A DNA stretch of 64,000 nucleotides, taken from positions 11,613 to 75,612 of the forward strand of contig JAILIC010000146.1 of the NCBI GenBank assembly GCA_024695475.1, written 5' to 3'. Position 1 is the stretch's first letter. Each line of letters starts with the position of its first letter. Shown here one piece after another: positions 30,548-39,860 of the stretch. Position numbers and translations under genes: made by a program. Source of the DNA: Treponema sp. (lineage in GTDB: Bacteria > Spirochaetota > Spirochaetia > Treponematales > Treponemataceae). The notes under the pieces are model-generated. The model was not told the origin of the DNA, ran no database searches, and saw nothing but the letters and a program-made list of their open reading frames with translations.

Positions 30548-32062
30548 ATGAGCACATCATCTATCTTAAAATTACAAAATGGAAGCGATATTAGAGGAGT
30601 TGCTGTCGAGGGTGTCGCAGATGAACCAGTTACAATGACACCAGATATCTGTAATCGCATTGGACAAGCATTTGCCCAGTGGCTTTCAACAAATACAGGC
30701 AAAAAAATAGAAGACCTTTGTATTGGCGTAGGTCGAGATTCCCGTATTTCTGGACCTGCATTAGAACAAGCTATTGTACAAGGACTTGTTGCCAGTGGCG
30801 TTAAAGTTACCCGCTGTAATCTGGCAACAACCCCGGCAATGTTTATGTCCATCGTATTTGAAAAAACACACTTTGATGGTTCCATCATGATTACTGCCAG
30901 CCATCTCCCCTATAACCGGAATGGTATTAAATTCTTTAATAAGGACGGCGGGCTTGAACATGATGATATCACTGATATTTTGACCATTGCCAATGATAAA
31001 ACTGTACAACAGGCAAAAATAGGTTTCTGCCCTACATTAGATCTCATTTCACTCTATGCAAAACATCTGTCACAAGTCATTATGCAGGAAGTAAATGGCG
31101 ATGACTATGCCCACCCACTCTATGGACTCAAAATTATTGTTGATGCTGGTAACGGTGCTGGTGGTTTTTTTGCAACCCAGATTCTCCAAAAACTGGGCGC
31201 TGATACTACGGGCAGTCAATTTCTTGATCCAGATGGCATGTTCCCTAATCATATACCTAATCCTGAAAATACTGCTGCTATGGAAGCAATACGTTCAGCA
31301 GTACTTACTCATAAAGCAGATCTTGGACTTATTTTCGATACTGATGTTGACCGCATGTCTGCGGTTCTTCCAGATGGAACTGAAGTTAACCGAGATGCCA
31401 TCATCGCCATGATTAGTGCCATTCTTGCTCCAAAGTACCCTGGCAGTACGATTATTACTGATAGTGTTACTTCTGATCGCCTTACCTGGTTCCTGGAGTC
31501 TGTACTTGGTTTAAAGCATCATTGCTTTAAACGTGGTTATAAAAACGTCATCAATGAATGTAAACGCCTCAATGCCCAGGGAACCGTATCACCTTTAGCA
31601 ATGGAAACTTCGGGCCATGGTGCCTTAAAAGATAACTATTACCTTGATGATGGTGCATTCCTCGCAGTAAGACTCGTTATTGCATTGGCACAGGCAAAAC
31701 GTGACGGCAAACAGCTTGCTTCGCTTATCGAAAAATTACCACCACTTGTCGAAGCAAAAGAACTTCGATTTAAGATTCTTGCTGAGGATTTTAAATTATA
31801 TGGTCAAAAGGTACTCGATACAGTGAAAGAGCGTGCTGCAAAAGCAGGATACACATTACCTAAATCCTATGAAGGAGTCCGTATCTCCTTTAATGATGAG
31901 ACAGTAAAAGGGTGGCTTTTACTCCGCCTGTCACTTCATGATCCTGTCATGCCTCTCAATGTTGAAGGGGAGCATACTGGTGATGTAGCAAAGATATTGG
32001 CAAAAGCAAAAGCTCTGCTTGCAGGTTTTGACCAGCTGGATATGAGTGTATTAGAACAATAA
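30548..32062 (+). CDS. phosphomannomutase/phosphoglucomutase (alpha-D-phosphohexomutase)
   Basis: Preferred start is ATG 30548 (MSTSSILKLQNGSDIRG). Active-site Ser loop ITASHLPYNRNG, Mg loop FDTDVDR, sugar loop METSGHG. Confidence 0.9.
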   Translation: MSTSSILKLQNGSDIRGVAVEGVADEPVTMTPDICNRIGQAFAQWLSTNTGKKIEDLCIGVGRDSRISGPALEQAIVQGLVASGVKVTRCNLATTPAMFMSIVFEKTHFDGSIMITASHLPYNRNGIKFFNKDGGLEHDDITDILTIANDKTVQQAKIGFCPTLDLISLYAKHLSQVIMQEVNGDDYAHPLYGLKIIVDAGNGAGGFFATQILQKLGADTTGSQFLDPDGMFPNHIPNPENTAAMEAIRSAVLTHKADLGLIFDTDVDRMSAVLPDGTEVNRDAIIAMISAILAPKYPGSTIITDSVTSDRLTWFLESVLGLKHHCFKRGYKNVINECKRLNAQGTVSPLAMETSGHGALKDNYYLDDGAFLAVRLVIALAQAKRDGKQLASLIEKLPPLVEAKELRFKILAEDFKLYGQKVLDTVKERAAKAGYTLPKSYEGVRISFNDETVKGWLLLRLSLHDPVMPLNVEGEHTGDVAKILAKAKALLAGFDQLDMSVLEQ

Positions 32063-32109
32063 ATATTCTGTCTTTTCTTATTTACTCTTCTGTTATCCCT
32101 TTATTATCT

Positions 32110-33252
32110 TTAGAGGCTCACAAAGGGAACACAGCCATAAGGACTATCTTCAAATGATAAAAAGTCGCTCACTATCTGGGCGGCTTTTTTTGACACTTGT
32201 GAGACAGGTATACCGATAGCAATTCCCACAGAATCAGAATTGTTCTCAATCACCAGCGGATCTATATAGCGTTTTTTTACTGGCATGGATACACAATATG
32301 CATCAGCCATTGGTGCATCAGAACGCTCAATAGCAGTCATTGAACGGAACGTATAATAATAACGGGCAAAGACGTTCTCATCTTCATTTCGAGGAGATGT
32401 TGCAATAGCGTCAAAACGCTCTATCAATGCTAATTCCGACTGTAACAGAATATCTTCTTCTTTTATACAATGACAGGCAATTGCCTTATCTAACACTGCC
32501 CCCAACAAAGACAATGCGATTTTATTTTCATTATGCAGCAGTACCAGACTGATATCACAAAAGCGCTGACAATACAGCTCTGCGAGTTCCTTGTGTTTAA
32601 AACCTAGCTCAAGCTGACCAGTTTCCTGATTTTTACAAATTGTAATATCATCATATACCGTTTTTATCTCTTCCAACGTCCAGTTATGCTTTAACAGCAT
32701 TCCTGACGGAAACATATATTCAAGTCTATCAGCACTGAGATGAGGGATATCATTATCGGCTATAGGGTACTGATGATAATCATCAACTTGATTTGCAGTT
32801 AATCCATCTTGGAGCAATAATCGGCCAATTCCCTCGTCAGTATCAACAAGTACTTTATTGTCATCTTCTGTTGCTTGTTGTGTCAGGGCGTCTCCTTTTC
32901 TAAAATCACCGACATGGCTAAACGCAGGCGTTGAAATGTCATGAAACAATCCTGACAATGATTGTGCTTTATCATGGGTAAAATGCCAAATGATAAGTGC
33001 AACTCCAATACTATGGTCTAATCTGGAATAAAAAAAATCATTTTGATAAAGCGGAGTCCAATCAGTGCCACAAAGCAGTCCAACGCCTGCTAGGCGTTTA
33101 AGACTGGGTAAGGACAGGTATTTATGTAAAAAACGGGCATCTTCTTCATATCCTTGATGAAGAATCGAGTAATAGGCATGTTTAAAAGCTTCATCTTCAC
33201 AAAACTGAATGTCCCAGGACTGTGTCTTTTGTACGGTAGGCTCAATTTTCAT
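32110..33252 (-). CDS. HD-superfamily phosphohydrolase (COG1078/SAMHD1-like architecture)
   Basis: LKRLAGVGLLCG....YSRLDHSIGVALI and LFHDISTPAFSHVGD match the RLxxxxQLG...HxRxxHSLGV / LLHDxGHxPFSH pattern with substitutions. Confidence 0.65.
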   Translation of the reverse strand: MKIEPTVQKTQSWDIQFCEDEAFKHAYYSILHQGYEEDARFLHKYLSLPSLKRLAGVGLLCGTDWTPLYQNDFFYSRLDHSIGVALIIWHFTHDKAQSLSGLFHDISTPAFSHVGDFRKGDALTQQATEDDNKVLVDTDEGIGRLLLQDGLTANQVDDYHQYPIADNDIPHLSADRLEYMFPSGMLLKHNWTLEEIKTVYDDITICKNQETGQLELGFKHKELAELYCQRFCDISLVLLHNENKIALSLLGAVLDKAIACHCIKEEDILLQSELALIERFDAIATSPRNEDENVFARYYYTFRSMTAIERSDAPMADAYCVSMPVKKRYIDPLVIENNSDSVGIAIGIPVSQVSKKAAQIVSDFLSFEDSPYGCVPFVSL

Positions 33253-33384
33253 GACGTAATTGTAACGATTATTGTATATCGTGTCATGAAGGATAGAGTT
33301 TTACCATTGACAACTGGCTGACAAATGACAGATTACCACTCCCGTATTGAATCAAGTAGCACACCGATGTAGAATACTGGTACT

Positions 33385-36300
33385 ATGAAAAACTTGTGGG
33401 AAAATCCTGAAATTCAACAGCTCAATCGTCTGCCAATGCGCAGTCCACTTATTCCTTTTGATTCGCCTGAAAACGCTCAGACATATGTGTTACAAGGACC
33501 TGAACATACAGACATACAAAACAGCCCATATACAAAAAGCCTTGATAGTACCTGGAAGTTTGCACTCATGCATACACCAGGCGCAGATACGGCTAAACCA
33601 TACCTTAATTGGCACTATACCACTTTTGACGATAGTCAGTGGCAATCAATTCAAGTACCAGGAACATGGACTTTACAAGGATTTGACCATCCTCATTATA
33701 CTAATACACAGATGCCTTTTGACATACTACCTCCTAATGTACCTGAGGAAAATCCAACCGGTTTATATCGCCTATCCGTTTCAATTAAAAAGGAATGGCA
33801 ATTCCGTCGTATCATATTACATATTGGTTCTGCCGAAAGTTGTACACTTGTTTTTGTCAATGGCGACTTTATCGGTGCCTCTAAAGATACCAGACTACCC
33901 TGTGAGTTTGACATCACTTCGTCCATAGTCTGGAGCGAAACTGAAGGCACTGCACTGATTGCTTTAAAGGTAATCCGTTATTCCGACGCTTCATTTGTCG
34001 AAGATCAGGATCAGTGGTGGTTTGGAGGCATACATAGAAGTGTCTATCTCTATGCAACTGAACATACCTATATTCAAGATATTCAAGCCATGTCTTATTA
34101 TGATCCAGCAGAAAAGACACCTACGGGTATTATACCGCTCACTGTTACCATGGGTTATACCACTCAAAATGATGAGTCATTTAAGCTGCTCAACGGCATG
34201 ATGGATTCAATGCCTTTTATCATGTCATATACAGTTCATAGTCTGGAAGGTAGCCCACAACAACTTACTATTCAAAAAGAAGTAGCTTCAGGTACACTCA
34301 CCGGAACATTTAATTACCGCCAGACATTAAATCAAATACGAACTACTATTTCTATTTCAAAAGCGCAACTTTGGAACAATGAGCATCCTCATCTTTATCT
34401 GGTGACAGTCAGTCTCTACGAACCTAGTGACACTACTGAACAAAATCGCCACATCGAAAGTACAGCCTTTTTGACAGGCTTTAAGTCCGTAGCCATCACT
34501 AATCGGGAATTACGCTTTAATAATAAAATGGTATATATTCATGGCGTTAACCGTCATGAACATAATCCAAAACATGGTAAAACACTTTCTACTGCACAAA
34601 TGGTTGCAGAAATACAGCTTCTTAAACAATATAACTTTAATGCAGTACGTACTTCGCACTATCCTGATGACGAGCGTTGGTATGATTTGTGCGACCGTTA
34701 TGGTATTTATTTGCTTGATGAAGCAAATATTGAAAATCATGCCTATTATGACTGCCTAGCGCGCAGTGATGAATGGGCAAATGCTTATATGCAACGTGTA
34801 CAACGTATGGTTAGACGTGATAAAAACCATGTATCCATCTTTGGATGGTCCCTCGGCAATGAAAGTGGTGATGGACAAAACCAGGTCGCTTGTGCGGCAT
34901 GGATACGTCGAGTTGATACAACCCGTATCGTCCATTATGAAGGTTTTGTCAGAGCTGAGTGGAAGCAAAGCGATTTTTCACTGCAAACCCTTGCACGTGG
35001 CAAAGGTCTTACTGATCTTATCAGTCCGATGTATCCATCAATTGAGCTAATTACTCAGTATGCCGATACTTGTGACGACTATCGTCCACTTATCATGTGT
35101 GAATATTCTCACGCTATGGGTAACGCAAGTGGTAGTCTTGGTGATTACTGGCGAGCTATCGAATCACACCACGGTCTACAAGGTGGCTTTATTTGGGACT
35201 GGGTTGATCAAGGTTTAGAGGCGACGGCTCCACAAGGTGGTGTCGGAGAACCTCAAGGCGGAACCTACTGGAAATATGGCGGTGACTATGGAGATACTCC
35301 AACTGACTATGATTTCTGTCTCAATGGGTTGCTCTTTCCTGATTTAACTCCAAAACCCGCTATGGAAGAGTGTAGAACGCTTTTTGCACCCGTACGTATG
35401 TATGCACTCCATCCTGAGCAAGGACTCTTTATCGTTGAAAATCGTTTTGATTTTTCTTCTCTAGATTGCTTATCTCTTTGTTGGTCTATACAAAAAAATG
35501 GAGTCTCTGTAAAGACAGGAGTAGTCAAACTACCTGCCATTGCTCCTAACCAAAAGACTCAAATAAAATGTACTTGGGCTCAAACTGCCATACATCATAA
35601 CAGTGAAGATGAAGTCATATTCCATGCAGATTTTATTTATAACGAAAAACAGCCATGGATGTCATCTGAGGAAGAGTCACCTGTTTGTGGTCGTTATGAG
35701 TATTATATACATCGTGCAGCTTCACTTATTCCTATTGCTCCAAAAGCAGCTCCTGTTCTACCAGCGCCTCATGAGGAAGAACCGTCTGTTCCTGCTAAGC
35801 AACAGATAATAGAACTGTTTAAGCCAGTAATTTTCCGTCCATTGCTAGAAAATGAAGTAATTAAACATCTTATTGGTAAGGAAGTTAAACAGCCTGCACA
35901 AGAATGGCTTGATGCTGATCTTGCCCATGCTGTCATACAAAAGGAAGATGGTAAATTTACATTAAGCTGTGGACCACATGCTATCGATTCTATGCAAGGC
36001 AAAAAGCTGGCTACACTCTCCTTTAAGAATCGAGTATCAACTATTTACAACAAACACAGAGCGATCAAACTTGACTGTACGTTTACCTTGACGTCTACTG
36101 TCAGTGAATACCCACGTGTCGGTATATGCTTTCCGATAAGTGCTGATTTTGATTCCATTACTTGGTATGGTAGAGGACCTCAAGAGTGTTACTCAGATCG
36201 TAAAGAGGGAGCTTGTATGGGACTGTATACCAAAGCTCTCGCAGAGCTGGAAGTTCCGTATATTGTACCACAGGAAAATGGTAATCGTTGTGATACTCGA

Positions 36301-36573
36301 TATATAGCCTTATCAGGCAAAAATACTCCCGATATCCACATACAATCAGATACGCCATTTAGTTTTGCGGTTAGTAAGTATGCACAAGATGATGTATGGA
36401 AATGCCACCACATCAGCGAATTGACTGATGTAACCAAAGGCCCTGATGGTAAATGGTACGTAACTATCGATATTGCTCATCGCGGTGTCGGAACCGCAGC
36501 CTGCGGTCCTGATACATTAGAGCAATATCGTATACGCCCAGGAGTATATACAATTACACTCTTTATTTTTTAG
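33385..36573 (+). CDS. lacZ: beta-galactosidase (GH2)
   Basis: 1062 aa. WENPEIQQLNRLPMRS N-terminus, acid/base WSLGNESG, nucleophile IMCEYSHAMGN, C-terminal small-chain domain. 3' end overlaps the convergent mscS gene by 11 nt. Confidence 0.95.
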   Translation: MKNLWENPEIQQLNRLPMRSPLIPFDSPENAQTYVLQGPEHTDIQNSPYTKSLDSTWKFALMHTPGADTAKPYLNWHYTTFDDSQWQSIQVPGTWTLQGFDHPHYTNTQMPFDILPPNVPEENPTGLYRLSVSIKKEWQFRRIILHIGSAESCTLVFVNGDFIGASKDTRLPCEFDITSSIVWSETEGTALIALKVIRYSDASFVEDQDQWWFGGIHRSVYLYATEHTYIQDIQAMSYYDPAEKTPTGIIPLTVTMGYTTQNDESFKLLNGMMDSMPFIMSYTVHSLEGSPQQLTIQKEVASGTLTGTFNYRQTLNQIRTTISISKAQLWNNEHPHLYLVTVSLYEPSDTTEQNRHIESTAFLTGFKSVAITNRELRFNNKMVYIHGVNRHEHNPKHGKTLSTAQMVAEIQLLKQYNFNAVRTSHYPDDERWYDLCDRYGIYLLDEANIENHAYYDCLARSDEWANAYMQRVQRMVRRDKNHVSIFGWSLGNESGDGQNQVACAAWIRRVDTTRIVHYEGFVRAEWKQSDFSLQTLARGKGLTDLISPMYPSIELITQYADTCDDYRPLIMCEYSHAMGNASGSLGDYWRAIESHHGLQGGFIWDWVDQGLEATAPQGGVGEPQGGTYWKYGGDYGDTPTDYDFCLNGLLFPDLTPKPAMEECRTLFAPVRMYALHPEQGLFIVENRFDFSSLDCLSLCWSIQKNGVSVKTGVVKLPAIAPNQKTQIKCTWAQTAIHHNSEDEVIFHADFIYNEKQPWMSSEEESPVCGRYEYYIHRAASLIPIAPKAAPVLPAPHEEEPSVPAKQQIIELFKPVIFRPLLENEVIKHLIGKEVKQPAQEWLDADLAHAVIQKEDGKFTLSCGPHAIDSMQGKKLATLSFKNRVSTIYNKHRAIKLDCTFTLTSTVSEYPRVGICFPISADFDSITWYGRGPQECYSDRKEGACMGLYTKALAELEVPYIVPQENGNRCDTRYIALSGKNTPDIHIQSDTPFSFAVSKYAQDDVWKCHHISELTDVTKGPDGKWYVTIDIAHRGVGTAACGPDTLEQYRIRPGVYTITLFIF

Positions 36574-37435
36574 CAATGAGATTGACATCATCAACTATGC
36601 TCACGTCAATGTGAGCATATGGTATTTTTATGTGAGCCTCATCAAATACTTTTTTTACAGCTATAAAAGCATCGTTTTTTGTCTGTAAAAAGTCGGCCTT
36701 GTTAAACCATACAGCAAGTGTCATATTAATACCGCTTTCACCAAAGCCATCAAACCAGACACCAGGTGCAGGGTCTGATAATACGGTCGGACAAAGGGCC
36801 GGAGCTTTTTTGAGTGTCTCAAGAGCAAATGACATATCTGTATCATAACTTACTGACACTCCTATCTGGATACGACGAATTGGATAGTATGTAGTATTAG
36901 TAAGATTGTTATTAATTATAGAAGAATTTGGTATACGTACCAATTGATTATCAGTTGTATGGATTTTTACAGATAATAATGAAATATAATCGACAGTACC
37001 TGTAACTCCTCCTACTGTTATAAAGTCGCCTATTTGCATTGCATGGTCACCGACTATAAAAAGTCCACTGATTATATTACTTACTGAAGTCTGTGCAGCA
37101 AAACCAATGGCGATACCGGCAATACCAGCTGCGCCCCAGATTGCAGAGAACTTAATGCCAAACAACCCAAGAATATACATAAAGACTGCTATGTAGTACA
37201 AATAGGTAATTATTTTTTCAATAAGACCTGAGATTTGTGGCTTTAATTTATCTTCTGGTATACTTTTGAGCATACGTATGATTATCCGATAAAGAACAAA
37301 CAGTACGACCAACACAATTGCTATTGCTACCAATTTCATAATATATGGAATCGTAACATAATTGCAGATAAATTCTTTAATTGGTGACGTTCCTGAGCGA
37401 AACACATCTTGCATCATTTCAAAACTCTCATCCAT
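36563..37435 (-). CDS. mechanosensitive ion channel (MscS family)
   Basis: Three TM helices followed by FAAQTSVSNIISGLFIVGDHAMQIGDFITVGGVTGTVDYISLLSVKIHTTDNQLVRIPNS (pore helix plus beta domain). Confidence 0.9.
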   Translation of the reverse strand: MDESFEMMQDVFRSGTSPIKEFICNYVTIPYIMKLVAIAIVLVVLFVLYRIIIRMLKSIPEDKLKPQISGLIEKIITYLYYIAVFMYILGLFGIKFSAIWGAAGIAGIAIGFAAQTSVSNIISGLFIVGDHAMQIGDFITVGGVTGTVDYISLLSVKIHTTDNQLVRIPNSSIINNNLTNTTYYPIRRIQIGVSVSYDTDMSFALETLKKAPALCPTVLSDPAPGVWFDGFGESGINMTLAVWFNKADFLQTKNDAFIAVKKVFDEAHIKIPYAHIDVSIVDDVNLIAKK

Positions 37436-38107
37436 TTAGATAACTCCTTTTTTACTACCGTTTTTACTTTGTTCTTTTTCGTTATGTTTACAGATATCTT
37501 TTATTATACATTCGTCACAATGGGGATTACGTGCTGTACATGTATATCGTCCATGTAATATGAGCCAATGATGAGCTGAATTAAGATAGGTCTCTGGAAT
37601 TCGTTGTAATAAGCTTTGTTCAACCTGTAACGGTGTTGTGCCTTCTGCAAGCCCAATTTTTGGACAGATACGCAATAAATGAGTATCAACGGGCATTGTT
37701 GGCTTACCAAATACTACATTTAAAACAACATTAGCAGTTTTTCTGCCTGCTCCGGGTAACTGTTCTATTTCTTCTCTTGTTTGTGGAACTTGACCACCAA
37801 AACGATCAATTAGCATTTTACTTAATGCCATAATATGTTTTGCTTTTGATCGATAGAGGCCTATAGATTTTATGTAAGGAATTAATCCTTCCTCACCAAG
37901 TGCCAACATTTTTTGCGGAGTATCCGCTATTTCATATAGCGGTTTAGTTGCCTTGTTGACACTTTTATCGGTTGCTTGGGCTGAAAGAACCGTTGATACC
38001 AACATGGTATATGGGTTCTTCCAGACCAGCTCTGACTGTGGAGAAGGATTTTGAGCTTTTAAGCGTTCAAAAACAACAATAATCTCTTCTGTCGTAAGCA
38101 GTTGCAT
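37436..38107 (-). CDS. nth: endonuclease III
   Basis: HhH-GPD (LPGAGRKTANVVLNVVFG..PVDTH) and 4Fe-4S loop CTARNPHCDECIIKDIC. Its stop abuts the mscS start. Confidence 0.93.
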   Translation of the reverse strand: MQLLTTEEIIVVFERLKAQNPSPQSELVWKNPYTMLVSTVLSAQATDKSVNKATKPLYEIADTPQKMLALGEEGLIPYIKSIGLYRSKAKHIMALSKMLIDRFGGQVPQTREEIEQLPGAGRKTANVVLNVVFGKPTMPVDTHLLRICPKIGLAEGTTPLQVEQSLLQRIPETYLNSAHHWLILHGRYTCTARNPHCDECIIKDICKHNEKEQSKNGSKKGVI

Positions 38108-38114
38108 TGCTGTT

Positions 38115-39284
38115 TTATTTTACCGCTTTCTCCAGCTGCTGTGCTTTATCAGTCTTTTCCCAACTGAACTCACTACGTCCAAAATGACCGTAAGCTGCTG
38201 TTGGAGAATAAATAGGAGCCTTTAAGCCCAGAGTTTTAATAATACCTGCTGGAGAGCAGTCAAATACCTGTTTAACTGCTTCAGAAATAACTGCATTAGG
38301 AACTTTTCCTGTACCAAATGTATCAACCATAATTGAAACTGGGAAAGGAACACCAATTGCATATGCAAGTTCAACTTCACAGCGTGTTGCTAAACCAGCT
38401 GCTACAATGTTTTTTGCAATATAACGAGCCATATATGCTGCTGAACGGTCTACCTTTGAAGGATCTTTACCGCTGAAAGCACCGCCACCATGACGCCCCA
38501 TACCACCATAGGTATCAACAATAATCTTACGTCCTGTAAGACCTGTGTCACCATAAGGACCCCCAACAACAAAACGTCCGGTTGGGTTTACAAAGTACTT
38601 TGTCTTGCTGTCAATAAGACCAGTTGGTTCCAATACAGGTTTAATAATCTGATCGATTACAGTCTCTTTAATTGTGTCATAGCTTACTTCAGGATTATGC
38701 TGATGAGATACAACAACGGTATCAATATGTACAGGTTTATGACCTTCATATTCAATAGTAACTTGGCTCTTTGCATCAGGACGCAACCAAGGAATTGTTT
38801 TATTTTTGCGAAGTGCTGTAGCATTTCGCAAAATGTTATGTGCATACATAATAGGTGCAGGCATCAGTTCTGGAGTTTCATCACAGGCAAATCCAAACAT
38901 CATTCCCTGATCTCCAGCACCCTGCTGTCCATTATACTCATCAAGACCAGTACCTACGACACCTTGATTAATATCAGGTGACTGTGCATGGATAGTATTT
39001 AATACTGCCATTGAGTCACAATCAAGACCATATGCAGCATCAGTATAACCAATGTTACGAGCAATATCTCTTGCAATCTGTGCTACATCAACATATGTTT
39101 TTGTAGTAATTTCACCACCAATTAAAACGAGCCCTGTAGATGCAAATGTCTCACATGCTACATGACTATCTGGGTCATCCTTTAAACATGCATCCAAAAC
39201 TGCATCTGAAATCTGATCACATAACTTATCTGGATGTCCTTCACCAACAGATTCAGATGTAAACAAATATCTTTCATTTGCCAT
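38115..39284 (-). CDS. metK: S-adenosylmethionine synthetase
   Basis: [58 protein letters not shown]. Confidence 0.97.
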   Translation of the reverse strand: MANERYLFTSESVGEGHPDKLCDQISDAVLDACLKDDPDSHVACETFASTGLVLIGGEITTKTYVDVAQIARDIARNIGYTDAAYGLDCDSMAVLNTIHAQSPDINQGVVGTGLDEYNGQQGAGDQGMMFGFACDETPELMPAPIMYAHNILRNATALRKNKTIPWLRPDAKSQVTIEYEGHKPVHIDTVVVSHQHNPEVSYDTIKETVIDQIIKPVLEPTGLIDSKTKYFVNPTGRFVVGGPYGDTGLTGRKIIVDTYGGMGRHGGGAFSGKDPSKVDRSAAYMARYIAKNIVAAGLATRCEVELAYAIGVPFPVSIMVDTFGTGKVPNAVISEAVKQVFDCSPAGIIKTLGLKAPIYSPTAAYGHFGRSEFSWEKTDKAQQLEKAVK

Positions 39285-39364
39285 GATTTTCCCTCCTATG
39301 GAAAAGCTGCCGCGTTTTTATGATATCAGTTCTATTATAGTAATTTAATATTGGTTTAAAAAAC

Positions 39365-39393
39365 TTGACTGTACCGAAACGTTAATTTATACT
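39365..39393 (+). promoter_or_regulatory. putative sigma70 promoter for the CBM48 gene
   Basis: TTGACT (39365-39370), 17 nt, TATACT (39388-39393). SD AAAAGGAGAG lies just before ATG 39456. Confidence 0.5.
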
Positions 39394-39455
39394 ATAACAA
39401 AATAGGGATTGGGGCAATAAACTTCCCCACAAAAGATTAAAAAAGGAGAGATTCA

Positions 39456-39773
39456 ATGGCTCTAAAAAAGACATACTCTAAAGACAAAAAGACCTGCAAC
39501 GTAACTTTTACTGTTACTGCAGAAGCCGCTCAGGGTGCTAAAACTATTAATATCGCTGGCGATTTCAATAGTTGGAGTAGTACTGATACACCTCTTTCAA
39601 AAAAGAAGGATGGTTCTTTTTCAATCAAGTTAACACTTGAAGCCGGTAAAGAATATCAGTTCCGTTATCTTTTTGATGGTCAAAAATGGGAAAATGACTG
39701 GAAGGCTGATAAATATATTCCAGCACCTTATTCTAACTCTGACAATTCTGTTGTCATTTGTATTCCCGAGTAA
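39456..39773 (+). CDS. stand-alone glycogen/starch-binding domain protein (CBM48 / AMPK-beta GBD-like)
   Basis: 105 aa. VTFTV...AKTINIAGDFNSWS...GSFSIKLTLEAGKEYQFRYLFDGQKWENDW matches the AMPK-beta/isoamylase N-domain pattern. Confidence 0.75.
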   Translation: MALKKTYSKDKKTCNVTFTVTAEAAQGAKTINIAGDFNSWSSTDTPLSKKKDGSFSIKLTLEAGKEYQFRYLFDGQKWENDWKADKYIPAPYSNSDNSVVICIPE

Positions 39774-39811
39774 TTTCAAATCTTTTCCTTATTAAAAATA
39801 TCTTTGTTTCA

Positions 39812-39846
39812 TAAAAAAAGCGTACCCGTTCTTAGGTACGCTTTTC
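39812..39846. terminator. bidirectional rho-independent terminator between the CBM48 gene and ftsK
   Basis: AGCGTACC (39819-39826), loop, GGTACGCT (39835-39842). An A-run lies before it and a T-run after it. Confidence 0.7.
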
Positions 39847-39860
39847 TATTTTATAACCTA

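Noticed and set aside
33253-33384. Operator or CRP-like site and a leaderless promoter (TTGAAT-17-TAGAAT) upstream of lacZ
   Set aside because: The matches are weak and no clear palindrome is present. This cannot be supported without TSS data.
36563-36573. 11-nt convergent overlap of the lacZ and mscS 3' ends as a sign of frameshift or mis-assembly
   Set aside because: Both proteins are full length with intact C-terminal regions. Short convergent overlaps are common in compact genomes.
39285-39360. SAM riboswitch upstream of metK
   Set aside because: The distance from a TATAAT box (minus strand) to the metK ATG is only about 45 nt. That is too short for a SAM-I aptamer, and I see no recognisable SAM-II/V pseudoknot. 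A cmscan would settle it.
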